Shown here: positions 1 through 9,175 of the stretch, one piece after another
Layout: each line of letters starts with the position of its first letter
How positions within the stretch are numbered: the stretch's first letter is position 1
Assembly (NCBI GenBank): GCA_965197725.1
Contig: CBDANQ010000061.1
Location: forward strand, 160,001-224,000
Reading direction: 5' to 3'
Origin: Longimicrobiales bacterium
GTDB taxonomy: Bacteria > Gemmatimonadota > Gemmatimonadetes > Longimicrobiales > Gaopeijiaceae
DNA: 64,000 nt
Position numbers and translations under genes: made by a program
The notes under the pieces: generated by a model
The model's input: the letters and a program-made list of their open reading frames with translations, nothing else
What the model was told of the DNA's origin: nothing
Databases searched by the model: none

Positions 1-654
1 GTTGGAGACCACGGCCGCGATCAGAACGAACACGGCATACGGGGCGAGCTCCATGATCCAGTTGATGAGGACCATCGAGGCTTCGTTGATACCGTGGAAG
101 AAGTTGAGCACCGCGTCTCTGCGATCGGCCTGGATCACCGTCAGCGCCGCGCCAAAACAGATCGTGAAGAAGATCAGCGACAACAAATCCATGTCCGCCG
201 CAGCCTGCACCGGGTTGCGCGGGATGATGATCATGAGCGTCTCGACCCATCCGGACGCCTGTTCGGCCAGATCCATACGCTCCAGCGCGGCGCCCCCATA
301 GCGGGTGGCCAACTCGTCACGTGTCGTCTGGGAGACATCCCCCCCCGGCTTGATCACGTTGGCGAGTCCGAGCCCGATGGTGACCGCGACCGCCGTCGTC
401 GCCATGTAGTAAACGAGGGTCTTGCCACCAATACGCCCGAGCTTAAGCAGGTCGCCGAGCGATGCCGTCCCCACCAACAAGCTTGCCACCACCAACGGGA
501 TCACGATCATCGTGATCAGGTTGATGAACGCGGTGCCGAGCGGCTCGAGAGAGCTGAACAGGCTGATCAGCGGATCGATTTGCTGCCAGTTCGCCAGGCC
601 CCCCATGACGCCGCCGGCGAGGAGTCCGATCAGAATCTTCGTATAGAGCTGCAT
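1..654 (-). CDS. Dicarboxylate/amino acid:cation symporter (DAACS, GltP/DctA family), runs off the window
   Basis: Manual translation from ATG at 654: MQLYTKILIGLLAGG...LGTAFINLITMIVIPLVVASLLVGTASLGDLLKLGRIGGKTLVYY, a typical DAACS N-terminus; not in the ORF track. Confidence 0.9.
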   Translation of the reverse strand, partial: MQLYTKILIGLLAGGVMGGLANWQQIDPLISLFSSLEPLGTAFINLITMIVIPLVVASLLVGTASLGDLLKLGRIGGKTLVYYMATTAVAVTIGLGLANVIKPGGDVSQTTRDELATRYGGAALERMDLAEQASGWVETLMIIIPRNPVQAAADMDLLSLIFFTICFGAALTVIQADRRDAVLNFFHGINEASMVLINWIMELAPYAVFVLIAAVVSN

Positions 655-794
655 GCGCTTCCTGTGTTTAGGCTCTCAGGCCTGTCGGCGGCCAGAATAG
701 ACGACGTGCGTTACTTGCGCCAATCCACGCCAGGCGTTGCTGCGTTCTTCGACCGAGCTCACTCCTGGACGATCACTTCCGCTCGGGTGATCAC

Positions 795-938
795 ATCACC
801 TTCGAGGGGGGCAACCAGCCGGTCTGGTCACCGGACGGCACCCGTGTCGCGTTCGGTTCCGTGCGCGAGGGCACTCTGGACAGTGATCTGTTTGTGAAGA
901 ACGTCAACGATAACTCACTGCCGACCGGAAGTTCGTGA
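795..938 (+). pseudogene. Orphan PD40/TolB-like propeller blade fragment
   Basis: Translates ITFEGGNQPVWSPDGTRVAFGSVREGTLDSDLFVK..., no start codon; resembles the VTFEGPLNYRPTWSLDGRSLTF blade in 30093..31886. Confidence 0.65.
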
Positions 939-951
939 ACGGCGGGCACGC

Positions 952-3900
952 TCAACGCGCCGAACGGCCGTTCTCCTCCAACATCATGAAGTGCTGTTGG
1001 CTCGTAAGGCCGTCCCCTGACAGGCGTTCCCAGACACCGTCAGGGCGCAGGACCCATGCGCGCGGATCCGCGAGCTGAGCGTCCAGCACGGACCGCAGCA
1101 CCTTACGAGCCTCGGGGTCATCGACCGGAGTCATGACCTCCAACCTCCTCCGGAGATTGCGCGCCCTCCAGTCCGCCGAGCCGATGTAGTACTCGCTCTG
1201 GCCGGCGTTCTCGAAGTACACGATCCGCGAGTGTTCGAGGAAGCGCCCCAGAATGCTCCGCACCTGGATTCCCTCCGAGAGGCCTGGCACCCCCGGCATG
1301 AGCGTGCAGATCGAACGGATGATCAGGTCGATCTTCACGCCTTCTTCGGCAGCCTGGTACAGCAACTTCACGACCTTGCGGTCCGCCAGGCCGTTGCGCT
1401 TCGCCTGGATGCGCGCGGGGCGTCCCGCGCGCGTGTGCTCGATCTCCCTCTTTATCATGCGCTCGATGCCCTGAACCAATGAGCTAGGCGCGACGAGAAG
1501 TCGGCGGAAGTTCTCCTGCGGGGGTCCTGCCCCACCGGTGAGCTCGTTGAAGAAGTCGCTCAAGTCGGCGCCCAGGTCCGGATCCGAGGACATGAGCCCC
1601 AGATCGGTATAGAGGCGAGCGGTCGCCGCATTGTAGTTCCCCGTGCCGATATGCACGTACCGCTTCACACCGTCAGCTTCCTGCCGGACCACGAGGGCGG
1701 TCTTCGCGTGCGTCTTGTAGCCGACCACACCATAGACGACGTGGGCCCCTGCCTCGGTGAGTCGATGGGTCCACTCGATATTGCTCTCCTCTTCCCAGCG
1801 CGCCTTGAGCTCCACGAAGACGGAGACGTCTTTGCCCGCTTCGAGCGCGCGCAGCAACGCCTCCATCACCGGCGAGTCACGCCCTGTGCGGTACAGCGTG
1901 AGTTTGATCGACACCACGTCGGGGTCGTCAGCCGCCTCGCTCAGGAAGCGACCGACGGTGTTGTGGAACGCCTGGAACGGGTGGTGGACCAGCATGTCGC
2001 GGTCCGCGAGTACGTCGAATATCGAGACGTCGTCCGCCAGTGGATGCGTGGCCTCGTACGGCGGGAACCGCCCCCCAGGCACATCCAGGTCCGTGAACTC
2101 CGCAAAGCCCCTGAGGTCGATGGGCCCGTCCACCTCATAGACGTCGGCACGGTTGAGCCGAGCCGAGTCACTGCCCCGCTCCGCACGCAACTCGCGGAGC
2201 AGGTGGGCACGCACTTCGCGGGGCATCGAACCCTGTACTTCGATCCGGATGACCGGCTTGAAACGTCGGTCCTCGACCTCATCGGCGACCGCGGCAAGCA
2301 GCGAGCCCGACGAGTCCTCGTCGATCTCGACGTCGCTCGTGCGGCTGACCCGGAACGCATGCACACCCTGCACTTCGAAAGACGGGAAGAGCCGGGCAAC
2401 GTGCGCCATGATCAGCTCACCAGTGCCCACGAGATCCTTCGTACCCGGGATCGGGACGAAGCGCGGCAGCGAGTCCGGAATCGGCACATAGCCGAATTCA
2501 GTCTGCGACTCGCCCTCCCTCCGCAGGACCGTAGCGAGCGAGAGACCTAGGCTTGGCAGTCGCGGGAAAGACCGGCCAGGACCGGCCGACATCGCGAGCG
2601 GCGTCAGCAAGGGGAAGAGATGGGCTGAGAACTTGGTCGAGAGCGCGTTGCGCTCCTCTGCCCGGAGCTCATGCCAGCGCCTGAGGCGGATCCCCCGCTC
2701 CGCAAGCTTGGGGAGAAGCATCCGTGTGAGGCACTCGTACTGACGGGCCATGAGCGCGCGGACCCGGATCGCGACGAGATCGAGCAGTTGTCGATGCGAC
2801 AGTGCCTCGCCCTTTCCCGTGGGGCCAAGATCGGCCCCCTCCTTCAAGCGAGCGACCCGGACCACGAAAAATTCGTCGAGGTTGCTCGAGAAGATCGACA
2901 AAAAGAAAAAGCGCTCGAGCAGCGGGACCGTATCGTCCTCGGCGAGCTCGAGCACCCTTTGGTTGAAATCGAGGATGCTGAGCTCGAGGTCGAGGAAGTC
3001 ATCGTCTCCGGAGCCGGCTTTGAAGCTCGGGTCCCTCTGGGCCAGAGGCAGTCGGATCGGTTTTTCCGCGCGTACCTGCGAGTCACGCAGAAGCCGCAAC
3101 CCGATCTCGGATCGGACGAGCAGAAGCAGCGCAGCCACCAGCCCCGGATCACGGAGCTGCGGACCTCCGACCCGCTCCATCAGCTCGTCCAGCGGGACCC
3201 AGGTGAGGGCGGGCAGCTCTTCGCTCATCGGCGTGCGTGCGTGCAGCCAGACCTCGAGGTCGGCCCCACCCCTTCGCTTGGGGGCGAAGCCAATCAGGTC
3301 CAATTCGACACCTCCGCTGTCGAGCGACAACAGCTCCCGCAAGAATTCGCGAGCGATCTCCTCGCCTGCGCCGCGGGTGTCGGGGAGCATGAGACCCGTC
3401 TTGCCGTCCAGCAGCGCGACCTTGCCGTCCTGGAGGATGAGCAGCGCGACGCGCATCTCGTGAGGTATCTCGGTCCGCGTCTCGGTCGTGCCCGTGAGCG
3501 CGACGCGCATGCGTTCCAAAGCGTCCTGCCCGTCGATCTCGATGCTGTGGTCGGTACGTAGCCGCTCGCCCAGCGCCTCGAGGCTCCTGCGCCCCGGCGT
3601 GACTTCCATGAGCGTGATCTCATAAAAGGCTCGGGTCACGCCCGGTGCGTGCGCCACTAGGTGATCGAACGAGACTCGGTGCTGCGGCCGGCCCCACCAC
3701 CGAGCCCTCAGATCACGCGTTTCCCGGTCGATGTCGCTCGCGAGCTGCGGCCTGAGCGCTGCTGGGTCCGAGACCTCGCGCACCCGCGTCGCCACCTCGG
3801 ACGCACCGCAGATCGTGGAGTACAGCCCGCCGCCGATTACCGGGGTCTCGAGCACGGTCTCTTCGACCACGCCCTGAAGGTTGAGCACGTCCTGGATGGC

Positions 3901-4110
3901 GAGCTCGACGACCTGCCGGCCCTGGGCTTCCATGCGGAGACGCAGCGTCATGCCCCGTTCGCGAAGCAATCCGTCAGGCGTGTCGAAGTACGTCTTGCGC
4001 AGGAGCTGGAACGTCGACTTCCCGGCCAACAGCCCCCCCAGCCGCCTCGATGCCGCGAGCTGTTCGAGCACAGCGATGTCCTGCACGGGCAGGTTGAGTC
4101 GTCGACTCAT
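952..4110 (-). CDS. ppk1: Polyphosphate kinase 1 with N-terminal CYTH-like and NUDIX-like domains
   Basis: ELSILDFNQRVL, SSNLDEFF, HHPF, TLYR, ELKAR, KTHAK, GTGNYN, RFLEHSR, SADW motifs; ~370-aa N-terminal extension with YFDTPD..L.RLR (CYTH-like) and a degenerate Nudix-like box; start placed at MSRRLNL. Confidence 0.93.
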   Translation of the reverse strand: MSRRLNLPVQDIAVLEQLAASRRLGGLLAGKSTFQLLRKTYFDTPDGLLRERGMTLRLRMEAQGRQVVELAIQDVLNLQGVVEETVLETPVIGGGLYSTICGASEVATRVREVSDPAALRPQLASDIDRETRDLRARWWGRPQHRVSFDHLVAHAPGVTRAFYEITLMEVTPGRRSLEALGERLRTDHSIEIDGQDALERMRVALTGTTETRTEIPHEMRVALLILQDGKVALLDGKTGLMLPDTRGAGEEIAREFLRELLSLDSGGVELDLIGFAPKRRGGADLEVWLHARTPMSEELPALTWVPLDELMERVGGPQLRDPGLVAALLLLVRSEIGLRLLRDSQVRAEKPIRLPLAQRDPSFKAGSGDDDFLDLELSILDFNQRVLELAEDDTVPLLERFFFLSIFSSNLDEFFVVRVARLKEGADLGPTGKGEALSHRQLLDLVAIRVRALMARQYECLTRMLLPKLAERGIRLRRWHELRAEERNALSTKFSAHLFPLLTPLAMSAGPGRSFPRLPSLGLSLATVLRREGESQTEFGYVPIPDSLPRFVPIPGTKDLVGTGELIMAHVARLFPSFEVQGVHAFRVSRTSDVEIDEDSSGSLLAAVADEVEDRRFKPVIRIEVQGSMPREVRAHLLRELRAERGSDSARLNRADVYEVDGPIDLRGFAEFTDLDVPGGRFPPYEATHPLADDVSIFDVLADRDMLVHHPFQAFHNTVGRFLSEAADDPDVVSIKLTLYRTGRDSPVMEALLRALEAGKDVSVFVELKARWEEESNIEWTHRLTEAGAHVVYGVVGYKTHAKTALVVRQEADGVKRYVHIGTGNYNAATARLYTDLGLMSSDPDLGADLSDFFNELTGGAGPPQENFRRLLVAPSSLVQGIERMIKREIEHTRAGRPARIQAKRNGLADRKVVKLLYQAAEEGVKIDLIIRSICTLMPGVPGLSEGIQVRSILGRFLEHSRIVYFENAGQSEYYIGSADWRARNLRRRLEVMTPVDDPEARKVLRSVLDAQLADPRAWVLRPDGVWERLSGDGLTSQQHFMMLEENGRSAR

Positions 4111-4207
4111 TGTGAAGCGAGCCCTTCCATCCGTTGGTACCCTGTCAGGCGGGCGTCCGCGGGGTGGTATTCGAAGAGCCGCTCGCCCGCGATCACGATG
4201 CGTAGCG

Positions 4208-5269
4208 TCACGTAAACTTCTTGAGACCCCTAAGCGAGCGCAGCTCCGCCGCGGTGATGACACCGTGGGGCGCGCTGTTGAGCCGGTCGATCACAGCGCC
4301 TTCGACCCCCGACCCGTCGACTTTGGCCAGATACTCGAGCAGCACGCCGCGTCCCTCCACCGGGTTCACCTCGATGAGCTTGAAGCGGTCCGCGAGCTCT
4401 TCGAGCAGTTGATCGACGTAGCGCTGCGCCTGCTCGGCGCCGGGGCCGTACGCCATGATCAGGACGTTGCAGCGCTTCTCTTTCTTCTTGGCACGCTCCG
4501 CATTGAGATGGCGCTCGATCCGCACCGCTTGGTCGGCGATCTCGGCTAGGTCCGCGGGCGCCGCAGCGTCCAGGATCGCGGGATCACCGACCTTGAGCGC
4601 GCTCGCGGCCGAAGCGGGACCCGCGAGCACATCCCCCAACTCCAACGGACCCGAGCGTGCGTTCTGATCCGCATAGATGTTGCCGAACTGCGTCTTCCAG
4701 AGCACGACGATGACCACATTGAAGAGGACGGAGAGCACCAGGGCGATGCCGAGCGCCTGCACGCCGGACGATACACCCACGCCGATCGCGAGGAAGACGT
4801 AGACCGCATCCTTCGTGTCCTCGAGCGTGGTTCGGAAGCGGACCGCCGCGACGATGCCCGCGAGCGAGAAGGCAAGCGCGAGGTTCGCCTGAACGATCAT
4901 GACGATGCCGGTCACGGCCACGGGCAGGATGAGCAGCGTGTGCACCACCGACTCGTGATACCCGCGCTGGCGCCGGGTGATCATGTAGACCCACGTTACG
5001 GGAATCATGATGGCCAATGCGCCTACCATCGAGATCGCTGCGGTGATCGCGCGCGCCCATGTCGAGGTCGCTACGGGGTCCCCGACTGCAGACACATCAG
5101 GATTGAATAGATCGATGTTGGCGAGTTCAGCGAGCCTCGCGCCGGAAATCGCGTCGCGGAAGTCCGGGAAGCGGAGCAATAGGGCGCTCACCGCGCCCAT
5201 GGCGATGTAGTACAGAAGTACTCGCCCGAGACCGCGATTGGAGGTGGACGGTGTGCTTGACTTGCTCAT
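4208..5269 (-). CDS. DUF4956-family membrane protein
   Basis: Several TM helices; LALAFSLAGIVAAVRFRTTLEDTKDAVYVFLAIGVG signature. Confidence 0.8.
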   Translation of the reverse strand: MSKSSTPSTSNRGLGRVLLYYIAMGAVSALLLRFPDFRDAISGARLAELANIDLFNPDVSAVGDPVATSTWARAITAAISMVGALAIMIPVTWVYMITRRQRGYHESVVHTLLILPVAVTGIVMIVQANLALAFSLAGIVAAVRFRTTLEDTKDAVYVFLAIGVGVSSGVQALGIALVLSVLFNVVIVVLWKTQFGNIYADQNARSGPLELGDVLAGPASAASALKVGDPAILDAAAPADLAEIADQAVRIERHLNAERAKKKEKRCNVLIMAYGPGAEQAQRYVDQLLEELADRFKLIEVNPVEGRGVLLEYLAKVDGSGVEGAVIDRLNSAPHGVITAAELRSLRGLKKFT

Positions 5270-5416
5270 CGACAACTCCGGGTGGTGTGTGAGGGGGCGT
5301 GAAGCGCCCTCTGGCGATGCATGATGCGGGACACTTGGGGTCCGCAGCAAGAATCTCCTGGCAATGTAATCCGGCGGATCGTACTCTTCGAGCAACCCCG
5401 ATATGCGAGGAATGTC

Positions 5417-6532
5417 ATGTCCGTGCGCGGCGCCGTTTTCCCGTGCCTAGCTTTAGTGATCGGCCTGTCCCCCGCGCTCCGGGCGCAGGAGTTCGAATTG
5501 CCTACGCCCGAGGAGTACGCTGAGCGCGCGGAAGTGGCCGAGAACGCGCCTCTATTCCAGGCAGAGGAGGCCCTGCGAATCACGCTCCTGACCGACATCA
5601 AGTGGCTTCGCGACAAGCGCATCGACACGATGGAAGTCGACGGGACACTCACGTTCGCAGGAGCGCACGGTGCGCAAATCGAACAGACCATAGAGGTGCG
5701 TACGCGCGGCAACTTCAGGCGGGACAAGCGCAACTGCAACTTCCCGCCGCTCAGGCTCGACTTCCCCAAAAAGCAGATGGAAGGCACCGTTTTCGAAGGT
5801 CAGGACAAGCTCAAGTTGGTTACGCCTTGCTACGACGGTCGCGACAGCTTTCAACGCTACGTCTACCTGGAGTACCTGGTGTACAAGGCGTACCAACTGT
5901 TCACGCCCGCATCGTTCCGGGTCCGGCTCGTCGAGATCACGTACGAGGACATCAACGACGACTACGATGCGCGCACCAAGATCGGTTTTCTCATCGAGAG
6001 CGACGAGAACATGGCCGAGCGCAACCGGGCGGTCTACACCGACTACGAAGACTTCGGCGGAGGGCAGTTCCACCCAGCCCGCGTCGACGGCGACGGAGCC
6101 GTGCTGGTGGGGATGTTCAACTACATGATCGGCAACACGGACTGGTCGGCCGTTCAGGGGCACAACATCAAGCTGATGCGGACCGAGCCCGGGAAGTACT
6201 TGACGGTGCCGTACGACTTCGACTTCTCTGGGGCGGTCGATGCGCGCTACGCGTCGCCCGCCGCGTCGTTGACCGAGCAGTACCGGCTGCGACGCGTGAC
6301 CGCCCGGCTCTACCGCGGCTTGTGTCGGCCCCAGCTCGTGCAGGCGACGCAGGCGCCCATGTTCAATGAGCGGCGGGATGCCCTCTGGGACTTGTACATG
6401 AGCTTCGAGCTGTTGGAAGAGGACCGGCGTGAGGACGCGGTGGAGTTCTACGAGGACTTCTACGAGACCCTCAACAGCGAGCGTGACTTCGAGCGCAAAA
6501 TGACGGACATGTGCCGGCCCTTGCCCGGCTAG
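5417..6532 (+). CDS. Secreted CotH-like atypical kinase-fold protein
   Basis: Signal peptide; RTRGNFRR, FPPLRLDF, KLKLVT, EYLVYKAY, YMIGNTDW, HNIKL, PYDFDFS motifs. Confidence 0.6.
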   Translation: MSVRGAVFPCLALVIGLSPALRAQEFELPTPEEYAERAEVAENAPLFQAEEALRITLLTDIKWLRDKRIDTMEVDGTLTFAGAHGAQIEQTIEVRTRGNFRRDKRNCNFPPLRLDFPKKQMEGTVFEGQDKLKLVTPCYDGRDSFQRYVYLEYLVYKAYQLFTPASFRVRLVEITYEDINDDYDARTKIGFLIESDENMAERNRAVYTDYEDFGGGQFHPARVDGDGAVLVGMFNYMIGNTDWSAVQGHNIKLMRTEPGKYLTVPYDFDFSGAVDARYASPAASLTEQYRLRRVTARLYRGLCRPQLVQATQAPMFNERRDALWDLYMSFELLEEDRREDAVEFYEDFYETLNSERDFERKMTDMCRPLPG

Positions 6533-7152
6533 TGACGGGACCCGCTGGTCGCGCCCGCGAGCTTCGAGCGCGAAGGGACATCGAGCAGGGTCTTGCCGAG
6601 ATGGTGGGCCTGGTGCGAGGCGTCATCGCCGATGGTGTCGTGTCCAGCGACGAAGCCGAACGCCTCGCCGCATGGACGAGAGCGCATTCGGAAGTCGTGA
6701 CCCGGTGGCCGGCCAACATCCTCTCTCGCAGGCTCGAGCGCATCTTCCTCGATGGTCGGGTGGACCGAAGAGAGCAGAAGCACCTGGGCGCCCTGATCTC
6801 ACAGCTCGCCGAGAACCCCGCCGGATACGGGGGCGGTTTTCCGCTCGCGACCGACGGGCCGCTCACCACACCGGAGCCGGACGTCGTCTTCGAAGGACAG
6901 ACCTTCCTGTTTGCCGGCGAGATGGCATACGGCCCCGTCCTCGCATGTGAGCGCGAAATCACCGAATTGGGCGGCACCTGCGAGCGCATCGTCAAGCGCC
7001 GTACGGACTACGTCGTGATCGGTTCGATCGGTGCTTCCGATTGGTGTCAGAGCTCGTTCGGTGACGTGCTCGACGAGGTGGTCCAGTACCGCGCGAGAGG
7101 AGTGCCGATCGCGGTCATCTCCGAAGAGCGCTGGACGGCGGCGCTGCCGTAA
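6532..7152 (+). CDS. BRCT-domain protein with helical (TerB-like) N-terminus
   Basis: GVIADGVVSSDEA N-terminus; FEGQTFLFAG...ELGG...RTDYVVIG...VISEERW BRCT pattern; GTG overlaps the upstream TAG. Confidence 0.7.
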   Translation: MTGPAGRARELRARRDIEQGLAEMVGLVRGVIADGVVSSDEAERLAAWTRAHSEVVTRWPANILSRRLERIFLDGRVDRREQKHLGALISQLAENPAGYGGGFPLATDGPLTTPEPDVVFEGQTFLFAGEMAYGPVLACEREITELGGTCERIVKRRTDYVVIGSIGASDWCQSSFGDVLDEVVQYRARGVPIAVISEERWTAALP

Positions 7153-7256
7153 CGCTCGGCGACCTGGACAGGCCCAGTTTCGTTGTGTAGGGAAGCGGTC
7201 GGATCTACACTTGCGCGCGATTGGCAAGCAAAACGCGCACTCCCACCAGCGCACCG

Positions 7257-7784
7257 ATGAGATTGACGAAACAAAGCTTGACTGGAGCCTCGGTCATGCT
7301 CCTGGTAATCATCGTAGTCGTCGGGTCCACCCTGGGTCGGGAAATCATGGCCGGCCGCCGGCCTGGACTGGTTTCGTTCGGGCTGATCCACTTCGCGGGC
7401 TACCTGTTCTTCCTGCTCATGCCTGTCGAAGCCCTCGTTCCGTACTACCTCGCGGCTGGAGATTCGGCCCTCGTGTTGATCGGCCTGAGTGTCGTGACCG
7501 GCTTGCTCGCCCAAATGATCGACTATGGAATCGGGTACGTCGTCAGCGAACGAGTCGTCGATACGCTGATTAGCCGAGCAAAGTTCGAGAAGTTCAAGGC
7601 CACCTTCCACCGATGGGGAGGATGGGCAATTTTCACGTTCAACCTCTTCCCCCTTTCGTCGCCGAACATGCTGTTGGTTTCGGGGATCATGCGGTACAAC
7701 CGGCTGAAGGCGATATCGATCAGCGCGGGTGGGCTATTGTTGAAATATGTGGTGATCGTCCTGTTGACGGATGCGGTCGGATGA
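7257..7784 (+). CDS. DedA/VTT (YqaA-like) membrane protein
   Basis: Hydrophobic; F.RWGGWAIF..NLFPL..P, SGIMRY pattern. Confidence 0.65.
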   Translation: MRLTKQSLTGASVMLLVIIVVVGSTLGREIMAGRRPGLVSFGLIHFAGYLFFLLMPVEALVPYYLAAGDSALVLIGLSVVTGLLAQMIDYGIGYVVSERVVDTLISRAKFEKFKATFHRWGGWAIFTFNLFPLSSPNMLLVSGIMRYNRLKAISISAGGLLLKYVVIVLLTDAVG

Positions 7785-7901
7785 GCGAACGGAGGGCCAT
7801 TTGATTGGGCGAAGTCAGCCACCCGGATCCGCCGGAGGTGCGAAGTCGTGATGCGGGAAGCAGGCGTGTTGTAAACGGGCTAGCGGCGAGCGCCCCGCCC
7901 G

Positions 7902-8156
7902 TCAGTCGCGGACCGCGTCCGCCTGCACGAGCACATTGGACGACGCCGCGAAGAAAGGCACCTTCGGCCGCTCGGGGAGGCGGAGCTCCAGGAGGCGACT
8001 ACCGTCGCTGATCCGTCCGAGCACACGCACGACCTCTGCCTCTCCCTCAATGCAGTGTACGCACTCGCCCACGCTGGGGATGCGTTCGGATCCGGCGTGC
8101 CAGCCGGGCCGTTCAACGGACTCGATCCGGATTAGCTCGAGGGGTACGCGAGCCAT
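7902..8156 (-). CDS. Small hypothetical protein downstream of infA
   Basis: Compact ORF co-oriented with infA, GC3-rich codons. Confidence 0.55.
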   Translation of the reverse strand: MARVPLELIRIESVERPGWHAGSERIPSVGECVHCIEGEAEVVRVLGRISDGSRLLELRLPERPKVPFFAASSNVLVQADAVRD

Positions 8157-8174
8157 GTTGTTGGGAAGCATGGG

Positions 8175-8444
8175 TCAACGTCTCCTTCGCGGGCCTGGAC
8201 GCGGAGGCGGCGGGCCCGCGCTCGGCGACTTGTGGCGGTATGTGATACGTCCGCGCGACAGGTCGTACGGGGACAACTCCAGCGTGACCCTGTCGCCCAC
8301 CAGCACGCGGATGCGGAACTTCGACATCTTGCCCGCGGCATATGCGAGGACGACGTGGTCGTTCTGCAGTTGCACACGGAACTTCTGATCGGGCAACACC
8401 TCGGTCACCACGCCCTCTACTTCGATTGCTTCCTGCTTTGCCAT
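8175..8444 (-). CDS. infA: Translation initiation factor IF-1
   Basis: [18 protein letters not shown]...[21 protein letters not shown]. Confidence 0.97.
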   Translation of the reverse strand: MAKQEAIEVEGVVTEVLPDQKFRVQLQNDHVVLAYAAGKMSKFRIRVLVGDRVTLELSPYDLSRGRITYRHKSPSAGPPPPRPGPRRRR

Positions 8445-8509
8445 TCGTTACCTCGACCCGAGAGCCAGAAGACGCCGAGCGGTGGAACGTGAGAAGGCTA
8501 ACGGAATCG

Positions 8510-9175
8510 ATGTCGACACCCTATAGCATGCTCCAGCTTCCCCAACGGCTCGCGCGGAAACTCGCGCTGCTCGGCCTCAGCGCGTTCTTCGTAGTGGCGG
8601 GCGCCAACCACTTCGTGAATCCGGACTTCTACGTAGCGATCATGCCACCGTACTTGCCTGCGCACCTCGAGCTCGTGTATGTGAGCGGCGTCTTCGAGAT
8701 GCTCGGTGGCATCGGCGTCCTGGTCCCCGCCGTCCGCGCCCTGGCGGGCTGGGGACTGGTCCTTCTTCTTGTGGCCGTGTTCCCGGCCAACCTCCACATG
8801 GCTCTTCATCCCGAGCTGTTCTCCGATCTTCCCACTTTCGCGCTCTACGCGCGACTCCCGTTTCAGGTCCTTTTCGTCGCCTGGGCGTATTGGTCAACGC
8901 GGCTCCCGCGAGGCCTCAGCGGCGAACCGCACGGCGTGCCCGCTGGAAAAGAGGTGCCCGCTTGCCCCACGTTGCCGCTCTGGTATTCTACCCGAACCAC
9001 ATTAACGAGACCTCATGAAGCGGATTGCCGTCGCACTGCTGTTCTCGGCCACGCTGACCCCCTTTCACCTGCGGGGCCAGTCGCTGTCGGACGTCGAACA
9101 GCGGATCGTGGACCAAGTCGATGCGCGCGCAGCAGAAGCCATCGACCTGCTCGAGCGGGCCGTGAACATCAATAG
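8510..9175 (+). CDS. DoxX-family membrane protein (C-terminal extension doubtful)
   Basis: AGANHF..PDFY.AIMPPYLP...VFPANLHMA...RLPFQ; homology ends near 8900 but the frame runs into the next gene. Confidence 0.75.
   Translation: MSTPYSMLQLPQRLARKLALLGLSAFFVVAGANHFVNPDFYVAIMPPYLPAHLELVYVSGVFEMLGGIGVLVPAVRALAGWGLVLLLVAVFPANLHMALHPELFSDLPTFALYARLPFQVLFVAWAYWSTRLPRGLSGEPHGVPAGKEVPACPTLPLWYSTRTTLTRPHEADCRRTAVLGHADPLSPAGPVAVGRRTADRGPSRCARSRSHRPARAGREHQ

Noticed and set aside
94..897. Long opposite-strand or alternate-frame ORFs here and elsewhere (e.g. 44341..45630, 58770..59975)
   Set aside because: Shadow ORFs of real genes, expected in high-GC DNA
8900..9175. DoxX C-terminal extension as a real domain
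   Set aside because: Non-homologous read-through overlapping the M20 gene by ~160 nt; probably a lost stop or an error
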